A stretch of DNA of 64,000 nt. It comes from Clostridia bacterium. Lineage in GTDB: Bacteria; Bacillota; Clostridia; TANB77; CAG-508. The position numbers and the translations under genes were made by a program. A model generated the notes under the pieces. That model searched no databases. It was given only the letters and a program-made list of their open reading frames with translations, and was not told the DNA's origin. This document shows positions 1 through 9,779 of the stretch, piece by piece; the stretch's first letter is position 1, and each line of letters opens with the position of its first letter. Location: NCBI GenBank assembly GCA_030539215.1, contig JAUNSM010000002.1, positions 744 through 64,743 on the forward strand, given 5' to 3'.

Positions 1-2
1 TG

Positions 3-635
3 ACAGATGCATATGTTAATACAGATGGAGCAACATATACAACAAATGCAAAGAAAAATGTAACAACATACGCACCAGTAAGTAAACAAAATGTACAAGC
101 ATGGAATTATATATCACAAACAAATTCTAAAATAGTAGCAGAAAAAATGTATAATAAAGATGGTTTAAAAAGTTATTTAGTAGACGGTTATGCATGGAAT
201 GCAGTATGTAGAGTAATACAATCAAAAACATCAAAGAATATAACAAATTCAACAACATGGGGAAATTATTATAATAATACAACTACAAATTACGAAGGAT
301 TAAATACATTGTTTGCAATGCATGGTTATAATTCTGGTTGGACAATTGCAAGTACATATAGCAAGGGAACTGTAATAGGAGCACCTAAAAATTCTGGACT
401 AAATAGATTAGAACTTGCAACAGGAGCAAGTGATGATTTTAAAGCATATAATGTATACGATATAGCAGGAAATATGTGGGAATGGACAACAGAGAATAAC
501 GGAACATACGCAGTGCGTCGTGGGGGGAGCTTCAACAACTATGGCTCTAGCTATCCTGCCGTTTACAGCCACGGTGGCGATGGTGTAGGCAATTGCGACT
601 TCAACTTCGGTTTTCGCGTCGTGCTTTATATGTAG
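3..635 (+). CDS. DGR variable (target) protein with a C-terminal FGE-sulfatase / C-type-lectin fold; 5' end lies outside the window
   Basis: The frame is open from base 3, upstream of the first Met at 147. The C-terminus ...GNMWEWT...RRGGSF...FGFRVV is the CLec/FGE fold typical of DGR targets. Its last 114 nt are the VR that pairs with the TR at 2596-2709. Confidence 0.85.
   Translation, partial: TDAYVNTDGATYTTNAKKNVTTYAPVSKQNVQAWNYISQTNSKIVAEKMYNKDGLKSYLVDGYAWNAVCRVIQSKTSKNITNSTTWGNYYNNTTTNYEGLNTLFAMHGYNSGWTIASTYSKGTVIGAPKNSGLNRLELATGASDDFKAYNVYDIAGNMWEWTTENNGTYAVRRGGSFNNYGSSYPAVYSHGGDGVGNCDFNFGFRVVLYM
512..625 (+). repeat. DGR variable region (VR)
   Basis: 114 nt match the reverse complement of 2596-2709 except at 11 positions. 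All 11 are adenines in the TR sense strand (A to G x6, T x4, C x1), mostly in AAY codons. Confidence 0.95.
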
Positions 636-636
636 C

Positions 637-661
637 ACTGACCCTTGTTGATATAGTCAGT
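637..661 (+). promoter_or_regulatory. Hairpin just 3' of the VR (possible DGR homing-associated stem-loop)
   Basis: ACTGAC (637-642) and GTCAGT (656-661) form a 6-bp stem with a 13-nt loop. It starts 2 nt after the target gene stop codon. Confidence 0.4.
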
Positions 662-718
662 ATCTAGAAGAAATAGAGATGAAATTAAATATAGAATGAA
701 GAAGAAAAAAATAAAAAA

Positions 719-748
719 GGAGTGTATAAGTAAAATTTATACACTCCT
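719..748 (+). terminator. Hairpin between the target gene and avd (terminator-like)
   Basis: GGAGTGTATA...TATACACTCC is a perfect 10-bp stem, but the following T-run is weak. Confidence 0.4.
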
Positions 749-777
749 AATATTAAAATGAAGTAAAGGGGACAAGA

Positions 778-1158
778 GTGACAAGTGTTGTAAATGAAAA
801 AAAAGATTCATCACTTATACTTATTCCAAAGTATGAAATCTATGTAGAATATATGTTGGAAATAATTTTATTACAATTACCTAGAACGGAAAAATATAGT
901 ATTGGTAATGAATATAAAACATTAATGTATGAAACATTAAGAGATATTATGTATGTTGATAAAATGGAAAAAAGTAAAAAATTGCTATATTTAAATAAAA
1001 TAGATGCACAATTAAATACTCAAAGAATTTTGCTAAGAATAATGAAAAAAATGCACTGGATAAATGAGAAAAAATTTAACTATGTAATGAATACTTTAAT
1101 AAAAGAAATTGGAATGATTTTAGGTGGGTTAATAAAATATTATGCCAAAAACAATTAG
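778..1158 (+). CDS. avd: DGR accessory variability determinant (Avd, four-helix-bundle protein)
   Basis: 126 aa, helical and basic, with a GTG start. It sits between the VR gene and the RT and overlaps the RT start, which is the canonical avd position. Confidence 0.75.
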   Translation: MTSVVNEKKDSSLILIPKYEIYVEYMLEIILLQLPRTEKYSIGNEYKTLMYETLRDIMYVDKMEKSKKLLYLNKIDAQLNTQRILLRIMKKMHWINEKKFNYVMNTLIKEIGMILGGLIKYYAKNN

Positions 1159-2167
1159 AAATGAATTTTATAAATATTTGAGTTACGACAAGCTTATGGA
1201 AGCTCATTTGAAATGTCAAAAAGGTAAAAAAAATAGAATAAATGTAATAAAATTTAATGTAAAAAAAGAAGAATATGTACAATGGTTATATGAACAAATC
1301 AAAAATAAAAAATACAAGCAAGGAAAATATACAACTTTTTATGTAAGAGAACCGAAAAAAAGAAAAATTGAAGCTGCTAGATATATGGATAGAGTTGTGC
1401 ATAGGTGGATATTTGATAATTTTCTTGAACCAGCATTTTTACCTCAAATGATAGATACTACATATGCTTGTATAAAAGGAAGAGGAATGCATAAGGCTGC
1501 TTTAGATGTTCAAAATGCAATGAAGAAATGCCAAAAAGAATTCGGAAGTTATTATATATTAAAAATGGATGTTGCAAAATATTTTCAAAGCATAGATAAA
1601 GATATTTTAATGAATATAATAAAAAGAAAGATTAAAGATTTAGATTTATTAGAATTAATTAATCAAACAATATACTATGGAAGAGATGAAAGTGGAATTC
1701 CAATTGGAAATTTAAGTAGTCAATTATTTGCAAATCTATATTATAATGAAGCAGATCAGTTTATAAAACATAAATTAAAAATAAGATATTATTTTAGGTA
1801 TATGGATGATAGTATAATTTTGTTGAAAAATAAAGAAGAATTAAAAGAAGTTAAAAGAAAAATAGAAGAATTTATTTGGGAAAAGTTACATTTAAAATTT
1901 AATAACAAAACAAATATATTCAAAAACAAACAGGGTGTTAATTTCTGTGGATATAAAATAAATGAATATAGAATGAAAATAAGGGATAAAGGAAAAAGAA
2001 GAATAAAGAAAAATATAAAGAAACTAAAAATTAAAATAAAAAATGGAGAAATTAGTTCAAAAGACGCCAAAAGATACTTGTGTGGACATTTTGGATATAT
2101 AAAGTATGCAAATACATATAATTTTATTAGAAATAATTTTGCGATTGATGAAGAAAAAATTATGTAG
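1142..2167 (+). CDS. DGR reverse transcriptase
   Basis: Contains the YMDD catalytic box (FRYMDDSIILL) and the IGNLSSQLFANLY motif (I/LGxxxSQ) characteristic of DGR RTs. It is next to avd and a VR/TR pair. Confidence 0.9.
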   Translation: MPKTIRNEFYKYLSYDKLMEAHLKCQKGKKNRINVIKFNVKKEEYVQWLYEQIKNKKYKQGKYTTFYVREPKKRKIEAARYMDRVVHRWIFDNFLEPAFLPQMIDTTYACIKGRGMHKAALDVQNAMKKCQKEFGSYYILKMDVAKYFQSIDKDILMNIIKRKIKDLDLLELINQTIYYGRDESGIPIGNLSSQLFANLYYNEADQFIKHKLKIRYYFRYMDDSIILLKNKEELKEVKRKIEEFIWEKLHLKFNNKTNIFKNKQGVNFCGYKINEYRMKIRDKGKRRIKKNIKKLKIKIKNGEISSKDAKRYLCGHFGYIKYANTYNFIRNNFAIDEEKIM

Positions 2168-2432
2168 AGGAAATATGTTCTATTTCCTCTATTATTATAT
2201 TTATTTTACTATTAATCCAGCCACAAATACAAACAAAGTCTTTTTCTGAAAAAAATCTATATACAAAATCCGCTTTTTCATCATATGCTTTAACTGTAAA
2301 TTGTGTACGATTTCCACAAAAGGTATTGATACTAATTGTGAAAGTTAGAACAGACATATGCTTTTTACTATTATAAACAAAACTATAATTTATTGGAGAT
2401 ATTATTTCCCCAGATACAAAACAATAATTCAT
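2160..2432 (-). CDS. Hypothetical small protein (possibly OB-fold/SSB-like) downstream of the TR on the minus strand
   Basis: 90-aa ORF convergent with the RT. Its beta-rich pattern resembles a short OB fold, but there is no firm motif. Confidence 0.35.
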   Translation of the reverse strand: MNYCFVSGEIISPINYSFVYNSKKHMSVLTFTISINTFCGNRTQFTVKAYDEKADFVYRFFSEKDFVCICGWINSKINIIIEEIEHISST

Positions 2433-2595
2433 ATTAAATCCTTTTTATTATTGTAGACTACTATATATTCAAAAATTTACTAATACCTCATCTACTGATT
2501 CATATTTACCTATAAAGGAAGGAATAAATCCCTTTAATATCTAATATCATAACTGTATATTTTCCTTGAAAAATATAATCACTATTGATTATTAG

Positions 2596-2709
2596 AGCAC
2601 GACGCGAAAACCGATGTTGATGTTGTAATTGCCTACACCATTGTTACCGTTGCTGTAAACGGCAGGATTGCTAGAGCCATTGTTGTTGAAGCTCCCCCCA
2701 CGATGCACT
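2596..2709 (-). repeat. DGR template repeat (TR), inverted relative to the RT and VR
   Basis: The sense strand (reverse complement) is identical to the VR apart from 11 of its 30 adenines. It is non-coding and much more GC-rich than its flanks. Confidence 0.93.
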
Positions 2710-2761
2710 TAAAATTGCACTTATGACTTATCCCTAATAAATTTTATATTGTAATAAAAAT

Positions 2762-3184
2762 TTATTTTGTATTTAAAATTGACTTTGAAATATCTTTAAT
2801 ATTATCTATAAAACTATAAGCTTTACTAACAGATAAGTTATTAGTATCAATATTAGATATTTTTAACAACAATTTGTCGATATTATCTGGAATTGAATAA
2901 TTATTTACTTTAAAAGTTGTTTGAAGATTTGAATCTATTATTTTAAAAGAATAATTAGATATATTTAATAAAGTACTATATTTTTCAAGAGATTTAATTG
3001 GAAAGCCACATTTTACAATATCTTGATTAAGATTTGTAAGCTTTAAATTTAAAATTTGCGATGCTTTTTTTGCATCTTTGTCAATGCAAATGAAAAATAT
3101 TCCAGACTTGAATAGATAAAGAGTATTTTCATTATCTTTTTCATTTGTTTTTAATGATATATAAGTATCATATAATTTACTCAT
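2762..3184 (-). CDS. MutS domain-I-like small protein (MSL-type DGR accessory candidate)
   Basis: YLFKSGIFFICIDKDAKKASQILNLKLT...CGFPIKSLEKY aligns with the MutS N-terminal mismatch-binding domain ([27 protein letters not shown]...AGIPYHAVENY). It lies immediately upstream of the TR on the same strand. Confidence 0.65.
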   Translation of the reverse strand: MSKLYDTYISLKTNEKDNENTLYLFKSGIFFICIDKDAKKASQILNLKLTNLNQDIVKCGFPIKSLEKYSTLLNISNYSFKIIDSNLQTTFKVNNYSIPDNIDKLLLKISNIDTNNLSVSKAYSFIDNIKDISKSILNTK

Positions 3185-3213
3185 AATATCCTCCTTCGTA
3201 ATAATAAAATTTT

Positions 3214-3498
3214 TTAGTTATCTATTTTTTGTTCGTTAATAATTAAATTTCTTAAATCATTAAATGCAAATTCATAAAATTTTTTACTAGTAGTTTTTAT
3301 AGAATTAAAAAGAAATTTTTCAATCATTATGTATGCATAAATTATTCTGCGTTTTAATTCTTCATCTTCTATATTTGATATTAAATCATTAAAGCGTTCA
3401 AATAATTTTAGATATTCTTTATCTTCAATGGTTATGATATCTTCAGAATGTGTAGAATATATATTCTTTATTAATGAGTTGGATCTATTTAATTTCAT
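3214..3498 (-). CDS. Hypothetical protein
   Basis: 94-aa ORF preceded by an RBS (AGGAGG, read on the minus strand). Confidence 0.5.
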   Translation of the reverse strand: MKLNRSNSLIKNIYSTHSEDIITIEDKEYLKLFERFNDLISNIEDEELKRRIIYAYIMIEKFLFNSIKTTSKKFYEFAFNDLRNLIINEQKIDN

Positions 3499-3638
3499 TA
3501 AATTTACCTCCTAGTCTTTGAAACATTATAATATATAATGTCAAAAAAAGCAACTGCCGACAGTTAAAAAAAGTAATAGTGGGCGGTGCTTAATAAAAAT
3601 ACTGGAATGTTGTATAATTAATAAAAGGTGGTGTAAAT

Positions 3639-3977
3639 ATGTCTTACTTTAATAAATTTGATAAAAAAGAAAAAACAATAGGTAGAACAGTAGAAGTTGA
3701 TGATAGATTTTATACTATACTTGAAAAGCTATCTAAAGAAACTTATGATGCATCTATAAATAAATTAGTGAATGCAGCAATAGAAAAATTAGTTGAAACA
3801 GAAAATATAAAAACTTATGATCAAACAAATAGTACAAAAATTGTTAGGACATTCCTTATTAGAAGCAGTTTAATGAATTCATTAAAAGATTTAAGAAAAA
3901 AATATAAAATTCCAGTATATTTATTAATAAATATTGCTATAAGAAATGCATTAGTTGATGAGGGATTAATTAAATAA
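3639..3977 (+). CDS. Tandem ribbon-helix-helix-like DNA-binding protein
   Basis: Shows an internal duplication: RTVEVDDRFYTILEKL..SINKLVNAAIEKLV and RTFLIRSSLMNSLKDL..VYLLINIAIRNALV. The RBS is AAAGGTGG. Confidence 0.5.
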   Translation: MSYFNKFDKKEKTIGRTVEVDDRFYTILEKLSKETYDASINKLVNAAIEKLVETENIKTYDQTNSTKIVRTFLIRSSLMNSLKDLRKKYKIPVYLLINIAIRNALVDEGLIK

Positions 3978-4080
3978 AATCTCTGTTATCTCTAAAGAAT
4001 ATTAAAAGCCCAGACAACTTTTTGTTATGGAATATTGGTAACGCACTTCAAAACAATATAATATGAAAAGAGGTGTAACA

Positions 4081-4248
4081 ATGGAGATTTTAGATAAATA
4101 CTTATTAAAGAAAGAGAAAACAATACTCAAAAAGTTTGAAATAGATAATAGTTTATATGAGCAATTAATAAAATTAGCAAATAATATTTATGATGCGTCA
4201 ATAAATAAAATTGTTAATATTGCAATAAATAATGCATTAAATAGTTAG
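4081..4248 (+). CDS. Single RHH-like paralogue of the 3639-3977 protein
   Basis: Shares the ...LYEQLIKLANNIYDASINKIVNIAINNAL segment with the upstream gene. RBS AGAGGTG precedes the ATG at 4081. Confidence 0.5.
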   Translation: MEILDKYLLKKEKTILKKFEIDNSLYEQLIKLANNIYDASINKIVNIAINNALNS

Positions 4249-4347
4249 TAGCAATGTATTCTTTTTTATAGTAGTGTGATAAAATATATGAGACTGAACT
4301 GTTAATATAATATGAACAACTATAAAAAAAGAAGGAGAGTTATAAAA

Positions 4348-4596
4348 ATGAAATGCAGTAAATGTAGAAATATTTTAAATGAAGAGAAAAGTAATTATAT
4401 ATGGAGAGAAGGTAGTAAAACAGTTATCATAGAGAATACTCCAGTGCTTTTTTGTGATAATTGCATAAAACAATTTTATACAGAAGATGTTGTAAAAAAT
4501 ATTAATGATATTGCAGAAAATATTAAAGAATTACCAGTTAAACTTTCAGTTATAGATTATAATGAGTTAAAGAGCTATATTAGTAATAAAGAGTAA
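4348..4596 (+). CDS. YgiT/MqsA-type zinc-finger protein
   Basis: MKCSKC...(27 aa)...CDNC forms a zinc ribbon. RBS GAAGGAG precedes the ATG at 4348. Confidence 0.5.
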   Translation: MKCSKCRNILNEEKSNYIWREGSKTVIIENTPVLFCDNCIKQFYTEDVVKNINDIAENIKELPVKLSVIDYNELKSYISNKE

Positions 4597-4747
4597 TGGA
4601 TTAAAGGGACAGAATGCGTTTGTATTCTGTCCTTTCAAATCTTAATATAGTATATAAGATATGTATGAAAGTTATAAAAAATATATACAAAAACTTACAA
4701 TTATGTTATACTTTTTATATTAAAAGTAAAAGTAAAAGAGGTAAGTG

Positions 4748-5437
4748 ATGGAAAATATAATTTATATTATTTTGTTACTAGTAACAACAATTTTATTCAA
4801 GTTTGTATTTAAAATTAATTTTAAGAAAGCAAAAAGTTTGAAAGAAAATAAAGAAATGGAAAAAATAACAGATAAATTTCCAAAAAATATAGAAGTTGCA
4901 AAACAAATGCTAGAAATGCTAGGCAATAAAGAGGTAAAAGTAGAAGAAGCAAAAAATACTCAAACTAGTTTATATATTGCAATTACAAATAAAATTTCAA
5001 TTGCAGATATGAAAAGCAACTATTCAAGGCTTCAAACAATAGCACATGAATGTTTACATGCATGTCAAGATAGAACAATGCTTTTATTTAATTTTGTATT
5101 TTCAAACATAAATATACTATATTTTTTAATTATTACTATACTTACAATATTTAAAGTTATAAACAATACAATGTTGCAAATTGCAATATTAATTTTGTTT
5201 ACATTAATTCAATTTAGTGTAAGAAGTTTTTTAGAAATAGATGCAATGACAAGAGCAAAATTTTTGGCAAAAGATTATATAGAAAAAGAAAATTTATGTA
5301 CAAACAAAGAAAAAGAACAATTATTAAAAGAATATGACAAAATAAACAAAATAGGAATTCCATTTGTAATAGATAACTTATTAACAAATGGATTAATAAA
5401 AATTTTAATATATATAATAATAAGTGGAATTGTATAA
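4748..5437 (+). CDS. Membrane protein with an HExxH metalloprotease motif
   Basis: Contains [11 protein letters not shown] (HExxH) and several hydrophobic segments. Confidence 0.5.
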   Translation: MENIIYIILLLVTTILFKFVFKINFKKAKSLKENKEMEKITDKFPKNIEVAKQMLEMLGNKEVKVEEAKNTQTSLYIAITNKISIADMKSNYSRLQTIAHECLHACQDRTMLLFNFVFSNINILYFLIITILTIFKVINNTMLQIAILILFTLIQFSVRSFLEIDAMTRAKFLAKDYIEKENLCTNKEKEQLLKEYDKINKIGIPFVIDNLLTNGLIKILIYIIISGIV

Positions 5438-5468
5438 ATGTGATTTATTTAATGCAAGGGGAGGAATT

Positions 5469-7280
5469 ATGCAAAACAACCAAAAACATATTAGAAATTT
5501 TAGTATTATAGCACATATAGATCATGGAAAGTCTACTTTAGCAGATAGACTAATAGAAAAAACAGGTCTTCTTTCTTCAAGAGAAATGGAAAGCCAAATT
5601 TTAGATAATATGGATTTAGAAAAAGAGCGTGGAATCACAATAAAAGCACAAGCAGTTAGAATGTTATATAAAGCTAAAGATGGACAAGAATATATATTTA
5701 ATTTAATAGATACACCAGGTCATGTGGATTTTAATTATGAAGTATCAAAAAGTCTAGCAGCATGTGAAGGAGCAATATTAGTAGTTGATAGTAGTCAAGG
5801 AGTAGAGGCACAAACACTTGCAAATGTCTATTTAGCTTTAGAAAATGATTTAGATATATTACCTGTTATTAATAAAATAGATTTACCAAATGCAAGACCA
5901 GAAGAAGTAAAAAAAGAAATAGAAGAAATTATAGGAATTCCTGCTGATTCTGCACCATGTATATCTGCAAAAACTGGACTTAACATAGAAGAAGTATTAG
6001 AAAAAATAGTAACAGAATTTAAACCTCCGATAGGTGACGAAACAAAACCTTTAAAATGTTTAATATTTGACTCGTTTTATGATAATTATAAAGGAGCATT
6101 AAGTTATATAAGAGTAGTACAAGGTACAGTAAAAACAGGTGATGAAATTTTATTTATGGCAACAAACAAAAGATTTATTGTATCAGAGCTTGGATATTTA
6201 GAGCCAGGGGTTACAGTGCCATGTGATAAACTTTTAGCTGGAGAAGTTGGATATATTGCAGCTAGTGTAAAAAATGTATCTGACTTACATGTTGGAGATA
6301 CAATAACAAATGCTAACTATCCAGCAGAAGAGCCATTACCAGGATATAAAAAAGCAAATTCAATGGTATATTGTGGCTTATACCCTTTAGATGGTGGAGA
6401 TTATGAAAATTTAAAAACAGCATTAGAAAAACTAAAATTAAATGATGCAGCATTACAATATGAGCCAGAAACTTCTATCGCATTGGGGTTTGGTTTTAGA
6501 TGTGGATTTTTAGGATTGCTACATTTAGAAATTGTACAAGAAAGATTAGAAAGAGAATTTGATTTAAGTTTGATTACAACAGCTCCATCAGTTATATATA
6601 AAGTATATAAGAAAACAGAAGAAATGATTGAATTATATAACCCAGTAGACCTTCCACCAATTCAAAAAATAACATATATAGAAGAACCAATAGTAAAAGC
6701 ACAAATAATGCTTCCAAAAGAATTTGTAGGTAATGTAATGGAAATATGCCAAGAAAGGCGAGGCACGTATATTGACATGAAATATTTAGATAATACTAGA
6801 GTTGCATTAGAATATGAGCTTCCATTAAATGAAATTATATATGATTTTTTTGATACATTAAAATCAAAGACAAAAGGATATGCATCATTTGACTATGAGT
6901 TTAAAGAATATAGAAAATCAGACTTGGTTAAATTAGATATACATATAAATAGTGAATCAGTTGATGCATTATCATTTATTGTACACAAAGATACAGCATA
7001 TGCAAGAGGTAGAAAAATGGCGGAAAAATTAAAAACAGTAATTCCAAGACAATTGTTTGAAATACCTATACAAGCTGTAGTTGAAGGAAAAATAATTGCA
7101 AGAGAAACAATATCAGCAATGAGAAAAGATGTTCTTGCTAAATGCTATGGTGGAGATATTACTAGAAAGAAAAAATTGTTAGAAAAACAGAAAAAAGGTA
7201 AAAAGAAGATGAGACAAATAGGAAATGTAGAAATACCACAAGAAGCATTTCTATCTGTGCTTAAATTAGATGATGAATAG
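5469..7280 (+). CDS. lepA: Translation elongation factor 4 (LepA)
   Basis: [28 protein letters not shown] and NKIDL form the GTPase motifs, and the LepA C-terminus ...[15 protein letters not shown] is present. Confidence 0.95.
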   Translation: MQNNQKHIRNFSIIAHIDHGKSTLADRLIEKTGLLSSREMESQILDNMDLEKERGITIKAQAVRMLYKAKDGQEYIFNLIDTPGHVDFNYEVSKSLAACEGAILVVDSSQGVEAQTLANVYLALENDLDILPVINKIDLPNARPEEVKKEIEEIIGIPADSAPCISAKTGLNIEEVLEKIVTEFKPPIGDETKPLKCLIFDSFYDNYKGALSYIRVVQGTVKTGDEILFMATNKRFIVSELGYLEPGVTVPCDKLLAGEVGYIAASVKNVSDLHVGDTITNANYPAEEPLPGYKKANSMVYCGLYPLDGGDYENLKTALEKLKLNDAALQYEPETSIALGFGFRCGFLGLLHLEIVQERLEREFDLSLITTAPSVIYKVYKKTEEMIELYNPVDLPPIQKITYIEEPIVKAQIMLPKEFVGNVMEICQERRGTYIDMKYLDNTRVALEYELPLNEIIYDFFDTLKSKTKGYASFDYEFKEYRKSDLVKLDIHINSESVDALSFIVHKDTAYARGRKMAEKLKTVIPRQLFEIPIQAVVEGKIIARETISAMRKDVLAKCYGGDITRKKKLLEKQKKGKKKMRQIGNVEIPQEAFLSVLKLDDE

Positions 7281-7291
7281 GAGAATTAAAT

Positions 7292-8065
7292 TTGAAAAAA
7301 AAAGTAAATAATGTAGAACAAGAAAAAATCTCTGACCAAATAGAAGGTAGAAATTCAGTTTTAGAACTTTTACAATCAAATAAAGATATAAATAAAATAT
7401 TTATTGCAAAAGGAGAAAAACATGGTTCAATAAATAAAATCATATCAATTGCAAAACAAAGAAAAATAGTAATTGTAGAAGTAGAAAGACAAAAATTAAA
7501 TGTAATATCTGAAACAAATAATCACCAAGGGGTAATTGCAATTGTTCCTCCATTTAATTATGTAGAAGTAGATGATATATTAAATGAAGCTAAATCAAAA
7601 AAAGAACAACCCTTTGTATTAATTTTAGATGGAATAGAAGATCCACACAATTTGGGAAGTATTATTAGAACTGCAGAGACAGCCGGAGTCCATGGAATAA
7701 TTATACCTAAAAGAAGAGCTTGCGGAGTTAACAGTACAGTGGCAAAAACTTCTGCAGGTGCGGTAGAACATATGAAAATAGCAAGAGTAAACAATATAAA
7801 TGAAACAATAAAATATTTAAAAGATAATGGAATATGGATATGCGGAACAGATGGGGAAGCAAAAACTTATTACTATGATCAGGATTTAAAAACAGCAATA
7901 GCAATAATTATAGGAAGCGAAGGGTTTGGAATAAGCAGATTAGTAAAACAAAATTGTGACTTTTTAGTAAAAATTCCAATGAAAGGAAAAGTTACTTCAC
8001 TTAATGCATCAGTATCAGCAGGAATAGTAATTTATGAGGCGGTAAAACAAAGAAATATTGGATAA
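7292..8065 (+). CDS. rlmB: 23S rRNA 2'-O-ribose methyltransferase, TrmH/RlmB family
   Basis: Has a SpoU-type C-terminal domain (LILDGIEDPHNLGSIIRTAE, IIGSEGFGIS, SLNASVSAGI). TTG start. Confidence 0.85.
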   Translation: MKKKVNNVEQEKISDQIEGRNSVLELLQSNKDINKIFIAKGEKHGSINKIISIAKQRKIVIVEVERQKLNVISETNNHQGVIAIVPPFNYVEVDDILNEAKSKKEQPFVLILDGIEDPHNLGSIIRTAETAGVHGIIIPKRRACGVNSTVAKTSAGAVEHMKIARVNNINETIKYLKDNGIWICGTDGEAKTYYYDQDLKTAIAIIIGSEGFGISRLVKQNCDFLVKIPMKGKVTSLNASVSAGIVIYEAVKQRNIG

Positions 8066-8176
8066 AACCTTGACAAAGTGTAAAATAATTAGTATACTTT
8101 TATGGTGACAAAAAAATAAAAAAGTATGTATTAACATAGACATATAGATATAAAGCATGCAAGGGAGGGAATGAAT

Positions 8177-8359
8177 ATGGCACAACCAAAAAGAAGATGG
8201 TCAAAACAAAGAACACATACAAAAAGGTCAACATGGAAATTAGAAACACCAAATATTGCAACATGTAAACATTGTGGTGAACCAGTATTACCACACAGAT
8301 TATGTGATAATTGTGGATATTATGATGGGAAAGAAATAATAGTAAAAAAAGATGCCTAA
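8177..8359 (+). CDS. rpmF: Ribosomal protein L32
   Basis: Starts MAQPKRRWSKQR and carries a CxxC...CxxC zinc ribbon. RBS GGGAGGG. Confidence 0.85.
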   Translation: MAQPKRRWSKQRTHTKRSTWKLETPNIATCKHCGEPVLPHRLCDNCGYYDGKEIIVKKDA

Positions 8360-8443
8360 AAATATAAGGGCATTTTTTTTCATTTCTTGACTAAAAAAAA
8401 TATTTGGTATAAAATAGCATAAGAAAGATAAAAGGTGAAAATA

Positions 8444-9773
8444 ATGCCAAAACCAATGGTCGCAATAATAGGAAAGCCAAATGTTGGTAAATCAAGTTTT
8501 TTTAATTATATAATTGGTAAAAGATTGTCTATAGTAGAAGATACACCAGGGGTTACAAGAGATAGAGTTTATGGAGAAGCAAATTGGAGAGGAAGAAATT
8601 TTACTTTAATAGATACAGCTGGAATAGAAACTAAATCAGATGATATTATTTTAAATCAAATGAAAGCACAAGCAAATATTGCTATAAATATAGCTGATGT
8701 AATAATATTTATTACAGATATCAAACAAGGAGTAACAGCAGTAGACGAAGAAATTGCATTAATACTAAAAAAATCAAAAAAACCAGTTGTATTAATATGC
8801 AATAAATCTGATAATTTTGGAAATGCAAAAGATGATATATACGAATTTTATAATTTAGGACTTCGGAGACCCATATCCAGTATCATCTACAAATGCACTT
8901 GGAATAGGTGATGTATTAGATGCTATATATGATAATTTTCCGCCTAAAAATGAAAATGAAGAAGATAGCCAAATAATAAATGTTGCAGTAATAGGAAAAC
9001 CAAATGTAGGTAAATCTTCTTTAGTAAATAAAATATTAGGCGAAAATAGAGTAATAGTAAGTGATGTAGCAGGAACTACTCGTGATGCTATAGACTCATA
9101 TTTTGAAAATGATAAAGGAAAATATAATTTTATAGATACAGCTGGAATAAGAAAAAAGAGTAAAATATCGGAGTCAATTGAAAAATTTAGTATAATGAGA
9201 GCACTTTTAGCAATAGAAAGAGCAGACGTATGTTTAATGTTAATAGATGCTACTTCAGGAGTAACAGACCAAGATGCAAAAATTGCAGGAGAAGCACATG
9301 AGGCAGGAAAAGGAATAATTATAGTAATTAATAAGTGGGATGCAGTAGAAAAAACAACAGGAACATTGGAAAAATATAAAAAAGAGGTATATAATAAATT
9401 ATCATATTTAACATATGCTCCAATAATATTTATATCAGCTGAAACAGGACAAAGAGTTGATAAAATATTTGATTTAATAAATAATGTAGCAAATATGAAT
9501 TCTATGAGGATATCAACCTCAATGTTAAATCAAGTTATAAATGAAGCAATAGCAGTGGTTCAACCACCTACAGATAAAGGAAAAAGACTTAAGATTTTAT
9601 ATGTTACACAAGCTACAACAAAGCCACCAACATTTGTTATATTTGTAAATAATAAGCAGTTGTTCCATTTTTCATATGAAAGATATTTAATAAATCAAAT
9701 AAGAGCAAATTTTGGTTTAGAAGGAACACCAATAAGAGTAATAACTAGAGAAAAAGATAAGAAGGAGGGATAG
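8444..9773 (+). CDS. der: Ribosome-associated GTPase Der/EngA; needs a +1 shift at the in-frame CGG 8864-8866
   Basis: Two G domains, each with [12 protein letters not shown]-track fragments 8435-8911 and 9195-9773 join if C8864 is skipped, giving [24 protein letters not shown]. Confidence 0.9.
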
Positions 9774-9779
9774 TTTAAA

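Noticed and set aside
326-638. Minus-strand ORFs 326-538 and 408-638 overlapping the DGR target gene.
   Set aside because: They are antisense to a well-supported CDS. ORF 408-638 is just the reverse translation of the GC-rich VR. Neither has an RBS or any homology.
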